Origin: Catajapyx aquilonaris
Taxonomy: Eukaryota
DNA length: 64,000 bases
Assembly: GCA_000934665.2 (NCBI GenBank)
Contig: JYFJ02002026.1
Location: forward strand, 1 to 64,000
Reading direction: 5' to 3'
Shown: positions 13,021 through 26,600 of the stretch, in pieces
Numbering within the stretch: position 1 is the stretch's first letter
Layout of the letters: each line of letters opens with the position of its first letter
Position numbers and translations under genes: made by a program
The notes under the pieces: generated by a model
Told to the model about the DNA's origin: nothing
The model's database searches: none
Seen by the model: only the letters and a program-made list of their open reading frames with translations

Positions 13021-13587
13021 GTAAATCTAATTAAGGGATCGTTGTAAGGACCGTTGCACTCGATCGTCGGTGTCAATGTGCCAATCTCTGTGTCACCATG
13101 TCATCAACAATCCGGACATATCATTATACGTAACACCCTATACTTTTTTTTAAAGCTACTTGAACCTTTTCCCCTCCCAAAATTAAATCCCGGATAGGAC
13201 ACTGCAGTCCCCGGATAACGCAGACAACCCCGGAGTAGGTCAATACCCACATCCTGCTCTCGTGTCCACGCATTTTTGCGTGACCAGATTTTCCTATAAA
13301 CGCGTGCTATCGGATATTCCCTCTCTTGGTTGTCAACTGTCGTGCCGGTCAAATTCGCGAATATTTGCACAGCCTCGCTTAATCTTCTATGGGGGGAGGC
13401 CCAGAAATTCCTGAAGGATCATACTTTGCGGAAGTTTCGAGTCTTCGAAGAGCAGAGAAGCGTGTCTTGTACCCTTTGATGAGCGGCATTCTGGGAGTCC
13501 TTGTGGAAGCTGTACCTCTGAGACACGACACAAAGGATTTAATGCATGCAGCAGCTTCCGTCGCTTGGTATACGCAGGGTTTTATTA

Positions 13588-13670
13588 CAGGGTGGTGCAC
13601 TGCCCAAGTCTTGCTCGTTATGCACGATACATCTCGAAGCTGCGTTGTACTTGGACAGTACACCACCCTG
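13588..13670. mobile_element. Tc1/mariner-type MITE (83 bp)
   Basis: TIRs CAGGGTGGTGCACTGCCCAAGT / ACTTGGACAGTACACCACCCTG (20/22), TA on both sides. Confidence 0.7.
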
Positions 13671-14642
13671 TACACCCACGCACGCCTGCTTTTGACACCA
13701 TCCAGGAGTGTTAGATGGAATTGTTTATGAGGACAGTCTTTCCTCGCACGACGCTCATTACACACATTTGTAGTGTCAGTTTAGCTGCCATTCCAGCTGG
13801 TGGGGACTCGTGAAAGAGGAATGAAAAGTTAAAACTTCCACTGGATGGGTTTTCGCACAAATGACTGTCACGGCGTAGTTCCGTTGATGTGGTGGAGGGT
13901 TGGAGGGATGGGAAGGGTGGTAAATTACACTCTGCAATAACCTATTATTACGGACCATAGCGGCGACATGCGATAAGAGTATTGGCTTGTGGGGGGCAGG
14001 TGAGGCGCGAAGAGACGAGGCCCCATGGAAACGAGACAAAACAGCGGAAAATTTGCGGAAAAAATTGGCGAGTCATTATTCTATCCAGGAATTGCATCCA
14101 TATTCGACATGGTTTAACCTCTGATAACTTTTGGTATGGTCGCACGTGTATACTCCGGTGTGTGCCCGCAGACGAGTCTATCCGGAACTGACTCATTCAA
14201 TTGGCCATTGGCCGCAGCCAGCTCTCACTCTCTCGATGTAACATCTGTTACTGCAAAAGAGGACCTCTTTTTTTTCTCCATCCTATCTCTTTTTTGAGGG
14301 ATGCTGGGGCCTTGCAGAGACAGGCAGGCTGGGAGCTCCAGCATCTCTCCCTTTCGCTTGCAGAGAGAGAGAGGGGGTTGGGCGAGGAGAGGAGAGGCCT
14401 TTACTCCTTTGTGCCAATCGATCTGGTACACTGCCCCCCACAGGCTGCTCCATACCGCATGATGGCCTGGAGGTGTGCTGGCGGTGGAATTGTTGGCAAG
14501 AAAGATCCTTTGCGCCCCATTTCACCCTCCCCCTTTTCTCCCCCGGAACAAGCGACGGGAATTAAGAGGGGGAAACTCCGGAAAAGAAGAAAAGAAAAAA
14601 AAGGAAGTATAGTAAAGGATCATAAGATTTGACGACTATAGT

Positions 14643-14735
14643 CCCGCCTTCTTTTTTGATGACGTATCCGGATGCTGTTACCAGGTGAAGCGATGTCCGA
14701 TTCACCTGGTAACCTTCTCTAAACAAAAAGGCGGG
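14643..14735. repeat. Short inverted repeat/hairpin
   Basis: Perfect 13-bp stem gttaccaggtgaa (14677-14689) / ttcacctggtaac (14701-14713), plus outer cccgcctt / aaggcggg pairing. Confidence 0.65.
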
Positions 14736-16529
14736 CTAAGTTTGGGATACAAATGTTTTTGTTTACTCTCTTGTTGTTGACCTGCATGCAACGATTTTTT
14801 GGCATTGGATGGCCCCCCATCGCTGCCAGGACCGAAGAATCGCTCGGGTATCGATCAACCCTGGGGATGATTAATTCAGGAGGGCTGGTCACGTGCCCCC
14901 GGGGCAGGGTCAGAGGGAATAAGGGATGAGGGATCCAAACGCCATGCGACGACCTTCGATGCCAATTAACACTTTTTTATACTGAAGATCTGAGAGGATG
15001 CCCAGTATGGACCAGTCAAATGGTCTCTTCCGGCTTGGGTGGGTTTTCTCGAGGTTCCGTATGGACTGAGTTGTCTGAGCTCACCAGTTAAAATTAACTG
15101 CTGGGGTCAAATCCAGGTCAAATCCGACCTGAGGCTACACAGCCTAGAACCACATGTTGCACATGTTACGCACTGTTTGTGCTCGCATTTGGGACAAACT
15201 AGCGTGGTAACTGCGGCTAATTAGTGTGTGTTAATTTTTTTAAGCTGTCACCTGGCCAACAAATCGACATCACAATTCAGGCAGTCAGGAGTAAAAAACA
15301 ATTTTTATTATTATTAATTTTTGGGCCTTGATGTATATAGGAAATTGACAGAAGCTATTTCCAAGCCTGTACTTTATGAACGCACTTCATTTTTGTTTGA
15401 CTGTTGCATAAAAGAGCAGTAGGAACGACCGACAAAGGCCGAGCCATGTCCCTTGGGCGGTCGAGATTGAAACGTTTTGTTTTCTGATCGGCCATGATTT
15501 ATTGAAGACTCGACCTGATTTAAAAAATGAATTAAAGAGAGTCGAAAATACACGAGGGGGACTTATTCAATCTTTAAAACGGGTCACTTATTGTTGATTT
15601 TGTGTGTACATGATTTAGGAGGATTTGATTAGGATTTAATGCTGGTCGGTTTAAGTGGTGTTCAAACAGGATTTTAACTCAGATGCACATGCGATTATTT
15701 TAGGTTCCGATATTAGCGTGAGAAATGTGCTTCAATTTTTTTACGTCAAAGTTAATCAAGTTTAATCTGGATTTGAGCGCTTTATACTCGGTGTCGGCTG
15801 GATTTACGTCATAGTGTACTTGCAGCATCAAGTACCAACTGAATCCCTTTTATCTTTCGAAACAATCGCGTTTCGACCGCGTCTCCTCCGTCATACGATA
15901 CACACACACCACATGAGACGCGATCGAGACGACCTAAGTGTCGCGCACTCCTGACTAAAAAGGTAGTCCATGGCGCCTATTTCGACATAATAGCACTTAT
16001 TGTATAGTGTCGCGTGTAATATAATTAATAATTGATTCAATGAATTAATAATTAAATTAATTCTGCTGAATTTGCGTTAATAGGTAATGTAATATGTCGT
16101 TGCCCACAGGCGGCAGACTGATTGGCAGCCCTGAAATACCACACAGGTGTGACCGCGTCTCGAACGCGCGTTTCTAATCGCGGTCGAGATTCGTCCTGTT
16201 CTCCACAGAGCAGTAATGACATCACAACAGGCAACAAAGGGGCTTCAACAATGTCACACGAATGGTGCTGCTGGATATGACGCCTCACGTTCATTAAGAC
16301 GTGATGTATGGATGATACGTACGCCCACCTCCTGGGGCACGTATCGTACAGTAGGCTGCGGCTGTGAAGCAACGCTCAAGTGCGCTTGACAGGAGCTCGT
16401 AATGAAAAGAGAGGGGGGGGGGAGGGAGAATATCTGTGGGGGCATCCTGCGCACAAAATGTTGGAGGATAGGTCCGGGTCGCATCATGTTACTAGCGCTT
16501 TAAAGAGATTGTGCACCTCTAACATGAAG

Positions 16530-16680
16530 ATAGTTCCACATCCCACCCACCAGAGGAGCTGCTTCCACCCCATTGCGCATGCGTAGAACGCGGGCCAATC
16601 GGAAGCGGTGGGGTAACAACAAGCGCCGGACCAATCACAGGGCATAAGTAAACAACGAATGATTTTATAGTTGTGCAGGT
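16530..16680 (-). repeat. Dispersed repeat, copy 2 (inverted)
   Basis: gatagttccacatcccacccaccagagg...tgcgcatgcgt...ggccaatcggaagcg...gtaacaa...cggaccaatcac is the reverse complement of copies 1 and 3. Confidence 0.8.
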
Positions 16681-16699
16681 CTTGAAACTGTCCCTCTTG

Positions 16700-17290
16700 T
16701 CGCGTGCTTTCACTCGTGGCCACTTCGGCGCAGGTGTAGTGCCGAAGCTCACAGGGGTATGCATAAGGCCGGGATAGGAGTGTGAAGGGTCTGCCCTAAA
16801 CTGTCATGGCGTCCATATGAACGAATATTTGGCCAAATATCGTCAGAGTGGGATCATTGCGGTATGTAGCAGGTGCGTGGAGCGAACACGAGGCGGGAAA
16901 AGCATTTTCCTCTCTCTCATCCCGTAGCATCCCGGCACCACCACCACCCCCTCTACGGCATCACCCACCCACCTCCCACCTCCCCCAACTGCGCCATCGA
17001 TTTTTGACCCCGAGTGTACCGGGCGTTGTGCAGGCGGAGCCCTGCTGGCTGGCTGGCAGCTTTGGCTGGCTGCCTCGCTGGCTGGCTGGTGGCTGGCTGA
17101 GCCGAGCCTTTCCTCTTCCCTCTCTCTCTCAAACAGGGCCAGAGGACCAGGGCACGCACATTTTCGGGGGGGATGCGGGAGTGCAGGTGTCAGTGCAGGT
17201 GAAATAAGTGCAGGTGTCGCCACTTCCTCCGAAAGTGTGAACACGTGTCGAAGAGTGATCTCTCACATGGATAAGGACACGCCCGTAAGT
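16700..17290 (+). promoter_or_regulatory. Candidate internal promoter/first-exon region with a GCAGGTG E-box cluster
   Basis: GC-rich patch; GCAGGTG at 16730, 16869, 17183, 17195 and 17210; (CT)n GAGA-like tract near 17120; ATG GAT AAG GAC ACG CCC|gtaagt at 17267-17290 followed by (TG)n. Confidence 0.35.
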
Positions 17291-20200
17291 GTGTGTGTGT
17301 GTGTTTGGTGCTGTTCAATGGGGGCATGGAGGGGGGGCTGCAGTGTGCCGCATACCTGGCTACCCTGAATGAATCCGCGGGGTCGTGTCAATGCCCGATA
17401 GCGCTATACGGCCATACGTAACCGCGGCCATGCTCGTGGCGGGGGTTATCGGCCCCACACGGTAATGCTACACACAATCTACTTATACAACATGACCCAA
17501 ATCAGTCAATCATTCCGTGACCACATGATACTGGTCAGCCAATCACCACTCACCAAATGTGACCAGCAGGATTGCCAACACTAATTCCGTTGGCGACACT
17601 GTTCCAAAGTGGACATTGGTAATTTTCCCTTCCGACAATTTTCCGGGGTTGGGTTGGCAGTAGTGGGAAGAAGTTTTTAAAGTTTCAAAACGCGTTTTCC
17701 CTCCAGAGACTTTTTTTTACAAAAAAAAAAACTTCCGTCCCCTCTAAGCTCCCCCCCCCCCCTCTTTACCCTCTCTGCGCACAACCTCAATATTGCTTTC
17801 CAAATGAGGACTATGGGGCTCCAGAGGCATCGCAGCCGAAATTTTTAATTACGTGGGAAAGGAACGGAAGAACTAATAATAATAATATATATTATAAAAA
17901 AAGGGCCAGAGAGTTTGTTCCCCAGAAAGTTTGAGGCGATATCGAGTGTTTTGGCCACTAACAGTTAATGAGGCTGCAATAATTAGCTCATAACCGTGAC
18001 ATTATTTTTCCCATGCTTTACGCTCCAAGTATCATTGTTGCAACCCGGAGGATTAATATAGCGAAATTTTGCAGTTCAATGTGACTCTAATTGCCAATTT
18101 AATAGTGCAGCCAACCTATTAAAGATATGAATTTTTTTCGCCTGGGGTTGAAGTAAAGGGTGAGGTAATTGAACCAAGTTTCCAACTGTACTCGTAATAA
18201 TTAAGTGGATAAAATATGTATTGAAAGGTGCAAAATAATGTTTTTGCGAGTCCATATCATAAGGCTTGTTTCCATAATAATTGCAAATAATGCGCATAAA
18301 TTCTCTATTAGTGATGGTAAGAGCAGAACTTATTTTCAATACACAATCAGGCATTTTCTCCTTTTGGTTGATGCAACCGGCTTGTTATATTTGCGGAAAT
18401 GTGGTTGAACCCACAACATCGCAGATTATTCCATCACCTTTAATCAAGTCTGCAATCAGCACAGACCCCAATTACTCCTGCGCACAAAAAGAAAAAATCA
18501 GATAAAAATCCGCGGCACTTAATTCAGCCGACATGTGCTACTTATCCACTCTCCTTTTTTCCCTCCCGGTTCTGTGTGTATATACCCCTAGCAATTCGCA
18601 CATGGCCGACCATGTAGAAGAGTAGGCTACCTTTTGTATCGATCCATGCGGAATAAGGGAACCTGAGAGGTAAGGTAGACTCGGTCTCTCTCTCTCCTAT
18701 ACAGCATTTAAAGAACATTGTGTGAAAAATTGCGGTGTCTTTTCCTGGTGACTCTCACTTTTTTCTCTCTCTCTTTCCTCTTGCGATGATCATCCTTTGG
18801 AATCGAGGCATAAATCTCACGCGTGGTTTTTACTGCCCACTTTAAGCCAAGGGAAGATGTAGGGTATATTCCGGTGGGTTCTCCAATATGGATCGTGGTG
18901 GTATGGCTAGTGGATTATTCCCATCAGTGGTCGTGCCAATGCCAGGCCTTTCGCATTCATTTCTCTGTGGGTCCCTCTTCCTTCGGTTGGCCTTTTTTTT
19001 ATTATTATTCAGGAAGTACAGCCTGCGAAGGGGGAGCAGAATTCATGTCCGATCGATTGGCGGTGACACTTATTAATGTGCTTGTGACACGTGCCCGTGG
19101 AGTGCCCATGGAAAGTGAAGAGTTTAATTACAGAGTACATGCATGGAGTAAAATTGGGAGGCGATAATGTCAACTTCGAGTATGAGCAATTTTTTTTGCA
19201 CACAATATCAACTTAGATGACGGATAAATTTGAGCTCATTGCATTTTTGTCAATGGGCCTTAACGTAGAGGCAGGCCAATGAACCTGTGATAATACGGCG
19301 GGCATTAAAGGGGGCTTTGTTAGTGAGATGTTTTGCGTCCAAACTCTCTGCGTAGAGCACATGCATTCCTGGCCCGGGGTCGCGGCTTCAGCTGCGGTTT
19401 TGGCCACATACTTGTCGCCTCAGGGGGATGTATAGTACTTTTTTCGGACCTGAATATGCCGATTGCAATCCGCAGGGTGGGGTTCAGCAGCGCAGGATTA
19501 GTTTTTCTCTCTCTGGAATGGACAAGAGTGATCATGAATAAGCGCAGTTGCCATTTGTAAGCTGATTTCTAGAACTGTTGAACTTGGCCAGTGTGACACC
19601 TTGTACAGTTTGTGGATATTTATAGTCTGGTTTGTTATACATTATTTGGTAGAAGGTCAGAGAGGGGTTATTCGACATAATTGCGGCGTTTGCTAATCCG
19701 GATAGAACAGATCAAATATTTATTCAGTTGCAGTACTGTACTGTTAAACGGCTTCTCTCACACAGTATAATTGTAACTGCGCGCTGTAAAATACTGCATC
19801 TAAATATTGGGGTAAAGGTTTTTTTTGTAGAATTGATTAGCTGATGTTACTGTATTATCTGTTTTACTATAATGCGGTAGGTCTAGTGTAGCCTATAGTT
19901 CCGGTGCATTTCATCACAATGCATATCATTGTACTCGGAAGCGAGGAAAAAAATCTGCACCATTCTGTCGATACTGTAGGCATGATAGATGAGTTTTGAA
20001 GTCTGTGTAGGATAGGGAAATCTGATACTAATGGCTTTTTCATTGCTCCGCCACGAAGCAGCATAGATATTCCGAAAAACCTTTTATGAAATTCAGATAC
20101 CTCAAATTGCACAGAAATTTTGCTATTTTTTCCCCCAGATTTTTCTCCTCACATCCGGCTACTTGTAAATCAAGTAGTTTCAACTCCATTGGCTCTCCCC

Positions 20201-20487
20201 ACGTCGTCGTATTTAAGGGATGGAGGGATGGGGGGATTCCTGGGACGCTTCTGCAGATGGGATGGGTTGGCCACTCATTCTGTTTTCCCCTGGGTCATCT
20301 TCCCCCCTTTCCTCTACCACGAAACCTTCTGGCCAAAACATATAGGCGGACAAACGGCCCCCTCAACGCCATTTTCATATTTCATGCTGGTGCGGATGGA
20401 CCAATTGAAGGGAAAGGGAGGCTGGATTCTGGCCTGGAGGCGCCTCCCAAGATTGAAACCCTTAATTTACACGCTGCGGTAGATATA

Positions 20488-20648
20488 CAGGGTGGTCCGT
20501 TATGATTTGAGCTGCTGATATCCTGGACCATTTAATTGTAGAGATGTCCTCTACGACACGGTTACGTTTGGCAGCAATTCCGTACAAGTAATCCTTTATT
20601 CCCTATATGAGCTTATCCTAGATGTTTGAATAATTACGAAGCACCCTG
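20488..20648. mobile_element. Degenerate Tc1/mariner-type MITE (161 bp)
   Basis: CAGGGTGGTCCGTTATGATT...AATAATTACGAAGCACCCTG imperfect TIRs, TA on both sides. Confidence 0.55.
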
Positions 20649-23600
20649 TATGCTGTACTGCTCAGTTCATGCCGGGTTGGTGCACTATATATGATTCAAT
20701 ATTTGGACAAGAGGACGGATAATTCTCCCCTCCTCTCCTCCATTCCAAAACCTTGAAGCATGCGCGTAATGCTGATATTGAATTCATAAAATGTATTCAA
20801 GAATTTTTGAACGGTACATGCGTACTAGGGAATGTTTGTACAGGGCTTGTACTATTTATAGCCCTTAATAAAAAAAACAGAAACCAGGAATTTTGACAAC
20901 TTTGCAGGGGGTCAGTCCCGCTGGTTATGCCCAATAAATTGCAAATTTTCTGTTCCCCCTCCCCTGCCTCCCCATGTTCCAAACTCGATTTTATCAGGAA
21001 CGCAGAGGAACCATGGGTTTGTTTCAAAAAATTTCGCATTCATTGAAGTGCCGGCCGGTACAAGTGGATTTGAGAGCGGACCGTTTATTTCGGTCCCATG
21101 GGTAGCCGAATTTTGGTGGTGCTCGGCAACTACACGATTTAATGCAATGTGTTCTCCGCTGTTTTCATCACCGGCGATGTTTATCTCATGATTCCGGAGC
21201 TTGCACATGCGCTAGTCATATCCGCACCGTAATGATTTGTGGGTTTCTAGGTGTATATGCTTCAGATGGGAACGAACTGGCACGATTTGGACCTCTTTTC
21301 TTTAAAAATATAAAGATGCTGAGCTGTATATAATTTCTGAGGGGCGCACAGGAAACGGTCTGAATATGGGTTGGGTGCATTGCGGCCGAGGCACGTCCCG
21401 TCCCAAATAGGGATGGGACACGCGATAATAATTTATGGCGCCCTTTGCCTTACTTCTTTCCAAGCTCCTTTGGCCAAAAAGACTCAGGTGCGCGTTTTCG
21501 TGTTTGTAATGGGAGGGAATAAACAGCGCTGGCGTGTCTTGTAGCCCGGCGATAATGGGCACCTTTGCTCCACTTGGAAATTTGGATAGGGTTGGGTTTA
21601 GGTGCAGCCCCCATCTTGCAAAAAAATATAGTTTTTTTTTGCACACGTCTCATTCACTTTGCCTAATTATCGGTGGTGTTATGTGGGGGGGTTGCAGCCA
21701 ATCGGAATAATCAGATAGGCATCTGAAACCCAAGTTCGTGTTGTATCGCAGTAAGGCAAAGGAAGTGTCATGTCTTATCTGTACGAATGTGGTGGGATTT
21801 TAGACCCATTCAAGGGTCGTCGGTCTTATCAGAATTTTGTGCGAATTTGTGGATTAATTATCGACATATGTTTATGATAACTGCTCACAATTGAATTCAC
21901 CTGTTAGGCCAATTGATGATGCATGTGACGTTATTCCGGCTACATTTTTAGAACATACTGCGTATAGGTTCATTTTTGTTCCTCTTTTTCTTCTTCGAAA
22001 GAGCCGGAGTAACGATCGGTTACTACGAGTTACTACAGAAAAGGGAATCTAAAAACAGCCTCGCTTTAATTTACGTCCGTATCTTGGAGGCATTGTTGGA
22101 GACGCCGCGTGTGAAAAATTGAATCCCCCCCCCTCCCCCCACTATTCATAGACTATCGATTGCCTAATTCGCGGCAAATTACAGGATGGAGCTTGTATTG
22201 GTCGTAAAGCCACATTGCCTCCACCCCCAAAAAATTACTTTGTTATTTGGCCCACTTTGCATTTTTGAGAAACGTATGTTCAAATATCCCTAGTATATTA
22301 ATTTTCAAAGTGCAATTATTGGAATTCTTGACGTACAGATATTGCAAATTCGGTGAACTTTTTCGGTGCTGCAAACTCATAAGCATGGGAGTGGAAGCTT
22401 AGGAAATTACTCACGTTGTATTGCTGCCGAAGCTGACAACGGAGGGTGTGTCCTCCAAGGACCAATATCTAGTCCGCATTAGAATTCAACAGCCGACCCG
22501 GAAAAGCTCCGGATACTTTTTTTTTTCCTCTTCCTTTTCTTTTTTTCCCCTATCCCTTGTGACTTTGGGGTCGGGCCCGTAAGAGAACGCGATAAATCCA
22601 ATCGGTTCGGAAAAAAAAAACTTCGGTGATACATGTCATGAACCCAGGGAACTTGTCCATGTCGCCCGAATTTGGACCCCCTCTTTGACTCTTGATTCAA
22701 GCGCTGATGAAAAATTGATAAATATGCTTTCCCGCTGACTGGATAATCCGGGTCTCCGGAAGAGGAATGAGTCAGTTCGAGTGTTATTTTGTCTCAGGCC
22801 CCCGCTCCTGGGGGGGTTTTTTTTGGGGGGAGGGGGTATGTGTGCGGTGAAATTGTTTTCAACGGCAGGTCATCTGTTATGGGAAAAAAGGGGGTCGTTT
22901 CGCTGAACTGAATTCGAAGCGTTTGGGATCAAGGGAGGCCAGAAATTCTGGCTTGTACGGTTTATTGCCAAAAGTAAACGGTTATATTGCTAGAGAATAC
23001 AGCCCAGTGATTTACCGTGTTGGAAGAAATGGCTGAGAATAAAATTTATACACAATATTATCAACCGTCCAAAGCTTAGAGCCAACTGGACGCGGGAAGT
23101 GACTTTTATGATGCCGCATATTTTTTGCAACATTTGCTCATCACATTATTATGTAAATGTGGTACAGTACATGTGTACTGTAACCGCTATATGCGGATAT
23201 ATTTATCGCTGCAACAGACGCTTCCGAGCACCAAAAGTTGGGTCTAGTTGTGACAGTGTATGCCAATAAATCTAATTACCAAGCCTTTTTTTGTGCATAT
23301 TAGTAGGCGCTCCGAACAAAAACCGGAAAAAGTACACTCCGATAAATTAAAATTTCATTGAACTGTCGGAGAGGCACTGACTGAGAGAGAGAGAGAGAGT
23401 TGTCCACCCAACGACCCGGCGGCCCCAGCAGCACTATCCTGCCAATTAGGTTTAGCTGTTGTAAAGACACCGGCCATTGACTCTTGACGCTAATTGTCAG
23501 GATAAACAACGAGTAGCAGCGGTACTAGGCTAACACCGGTCCCAGCACTACCGGAAATTAAATTTCCGATTGGATTTAGAAGCTCGGTGCTGTGCGCAAC

Positions 23601-26600
23601 TAGCTGGATAGTTACAACACTTTTTTTTGTAGCTAAAATTGATGTGTTATTAAAATCTGTCCACTTCTGCCATAATTGCAAAATACAAAGCTTATTTAGA
23701 CCGAAAATTGCAATGTTTTTGGCGACAAATATTTCATTGTCCATCTTCCAGTGTGGCGACAATGCGTGTATAAATAAAATCGTTATTTTTAAACTTGCGG
23801 ACTGATGTAACCTCTTTGTTGGCAAAAGCGACCAGATTACACGATAGGACCTGCATTTATTTGGGACGTTACCAAGAGACAAGCCCTGCCGACACGCACA
23901 CACACACACAAAAAAGAAGTAAAATAAATCCAGGATGTAGCGTGAGGCTTGGAAAAAAAAAGAGGACAGTTGACTCAATCCTGGTCGTGTTGTAGGACTG
24001 ATTCTGTTGTGTTGGCCTCGCATTTCTCGGGGCGATACATTGGCCTCCGATTTGGAGCCGGGTTTTTTTTTTTTGGTATCTTCTTTTTTTTCGTTGTTGT
24101 TGAACTATTTGCAGCCTTCAATACACTGTGTTGCGCAGGACAATTTGCAGGCAATAAAGTTTATTGTGCGTACTGTAAAATGGGGAGGGGTGAGGATAAT
24201 GAACAAGTCACGCGATTGGAAGTTATTGGTGTGTGTTTGCCACATGGGCAGTTTATTATTCAATGTGTCCACTCTCGGCTTGGGTTGGATGTNCCCCCCC
24301 CCCCCCCCTATTTTCTCGCGAATGTTTTTTCATCCGGTCGTAAATCCCACCTCCTAATAGTTTCTGTTTGTTTTCCGAGTCGACTTTCGGAATGGAGCTA
24401 GTTTTGAACATTTCGGGAGGGTGCGAAATTTACAGCCGGAAGGAGCAATATTTAAGTGGGGGGGTTGGGTGTAGCAGCCAATTTTTAATGAGTATAATGG
24501 GACGTTTCTAACGGTTGCTAGGTGCAATAATTTCTAGCAAACTGCGTTTCTGGAAGCGGCCTTTTTCTCTTATAGAGAAGAAAAAAAAGCAGGTTCTCAC
24601 GCAAAATGTGGCATCACTGCTAAGCACCAATTAGGACACCCTGGTTTTAATGCAACCAAAGTAAATAGTCTGGAGCCCATACCTGCGAAAACCCCTAATG
24701 GTAATTAGTCCGCAGACTCTCGTTTTGAGAGATGGGGGAGGCAAGTTTTATGCCAAAGTCTTTTTTGGTTGGCTCGACTAATTAGGGATTGTTAGTTTAA
24801 GTGTGTGTATAGCTTGAGTATATAGTTGCAGTCCTATACTAACTTTAAAAGCATCTGCTTCGGCCCTGTAAGACGCTACACTTCACAAAGTGCATGTACT
24901 GCACGTAAAATGTTTTTGCCTTGAGAGGATAGAATCTAAAATGAGCAACAATCTAACATGCCTTGAACTTTCACATTTTCCATAACAGTTTCCAGCACAA
25001 TCAGTACACGTACTTGTCACAAATGAAAGTGGAGTCTGAACGTGCTCGAAGCCGCAGAACTTCCTCGTATATGTTAAAATTTTCGGTTTTCTCTGACGAA
25101 ATACTGCCGGAAGCTGCCTTCATAACCAGTTCGCTCAGTTTGCTGGAGACGGACGAATTGCCAAGTAATTTGGTCGCAATTAGCGAGTGTCATTTGAATT
25201 CTCTCGCTCTCACGCCCTTTTCATCCTCTCTCTCTCTCTCTGCTTGCTTCCTTTTTCCGAGGGGGTCCAGTCTTTTCGCGCAACAGTGTGCAAATTGCCT
25301 GATCTCTGGAGATGGGGGGGATGCTGTGGAAATGAACGACTCGCCTGGTTTCCGAGACAGGGAGATCGATTGTTTATTCCACGCGTAGTTTGGAAGAAAT
25401 CGAGCTTGAAAATTGTATCGGGGAATCGAAAGGGCGGGAGGGAATGACAAAAAAAGGAGAGAAAAGAATGTGAGAGATATCAGAACAAGCTTAGAAAGAA
25501 TCATAAATTAATAAGGCTTAAATTTGTGCAAAAATGTATAGTGTAGCGAATGATGCTGACAACACATGTTGCCAAACAACCGTCGTTCTGATCAAGACAA
25601 ACTTCACACAGGTACTCTACACACACAACGTTGTGTGTGTTTTTTTTGCATCAATTTGCGAAACCAGGTTGTGCGAAATGAGCGTTGATTTCCTGCTCCT
25701 TTTGTGTTCCACTTATTTCCGTACAACTGGCCAAATGCAAGGGCCGGTAATGAGCATTGCAAAAACGAGGAAAACATGATTTTAAACAAAAAGTATAGCT
25801 TGCCGGCTCTGCACAAACGTGCTTTTGATTTCGAGACAGAAAATGGCATTGTTGCATCCTTTTTATGAAGCAAACCTGTAATAATAATTTTTGCGTTGAT
25901 ATTTTTTTTAATCTGGCTAATTAGTGCACATCACGTGAGGCAGGTTCCAGAGTATGGAGTTTCACCATGGAAGGACAGCTTGCAATTTCAACGCTTCATG
26001 TGTGAATTTGTCGATGTGGAAAGTGCGTTTTTGCCTCCGGCCGTCCAAGTTAATTTGCAAAAAAAAAATATGTTCGAGGGGGGTCCGAATTTTTGTCACA
26101 TTTGGAGGGAAAACCAACAGGCAGGTTGGAAATGGAGAGAAATATGCATGGAAAAAAATACAAACGATCGATCAATTCGCAGAGGTTTTTGGTTTCGCTT
26201 AGTTTCTCTGCCTTTTCCAAACAGCCTCCCCCGTTAACCCGGGGGATCCCGAATTTCAGGTTCAAAGAACGGATTTCCTTTCCTCCTTTTCATGCACTGT
26301 AAGAACGGGAGAGGGTTGTCTCAGATGGAACCGAGGTCTTATCTCTGGTGCGCAGTGCGTTTTGCTGGGTGAAAGACTTGGAAGAGAAAATGGTATTAAA
26401 GCTTATCGAGAAGCTTTGACATACGTGCACCTGCCAACAAAACGGTTTACTCTTTGGGAGTGGGATGATGAATAGGATTACATGTTTTGATCCTGTGTGT
26501 CCTACAACCCAACCGCTTTTCATGTTAAACACGCGGCATACTCGGAAGGGGCAATGTTCGTCTTTACATTCTTGGTGGTGGTGGTGCCAGCGCCTAATTT

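Noticed and set aside
18681..18700. Resemblance to miR-14 (tcggtctctctctctcctat)
   Set aside because: The seed differs, the similarity comes from a CT tract, and there is no good precursor hairpin.
25619..25640. 22-bp perfect palindrome acacacacaacgttgtgtgtgt
   Set aside because: Low-complexity juxtaposition of (AC)n and (GT)n.
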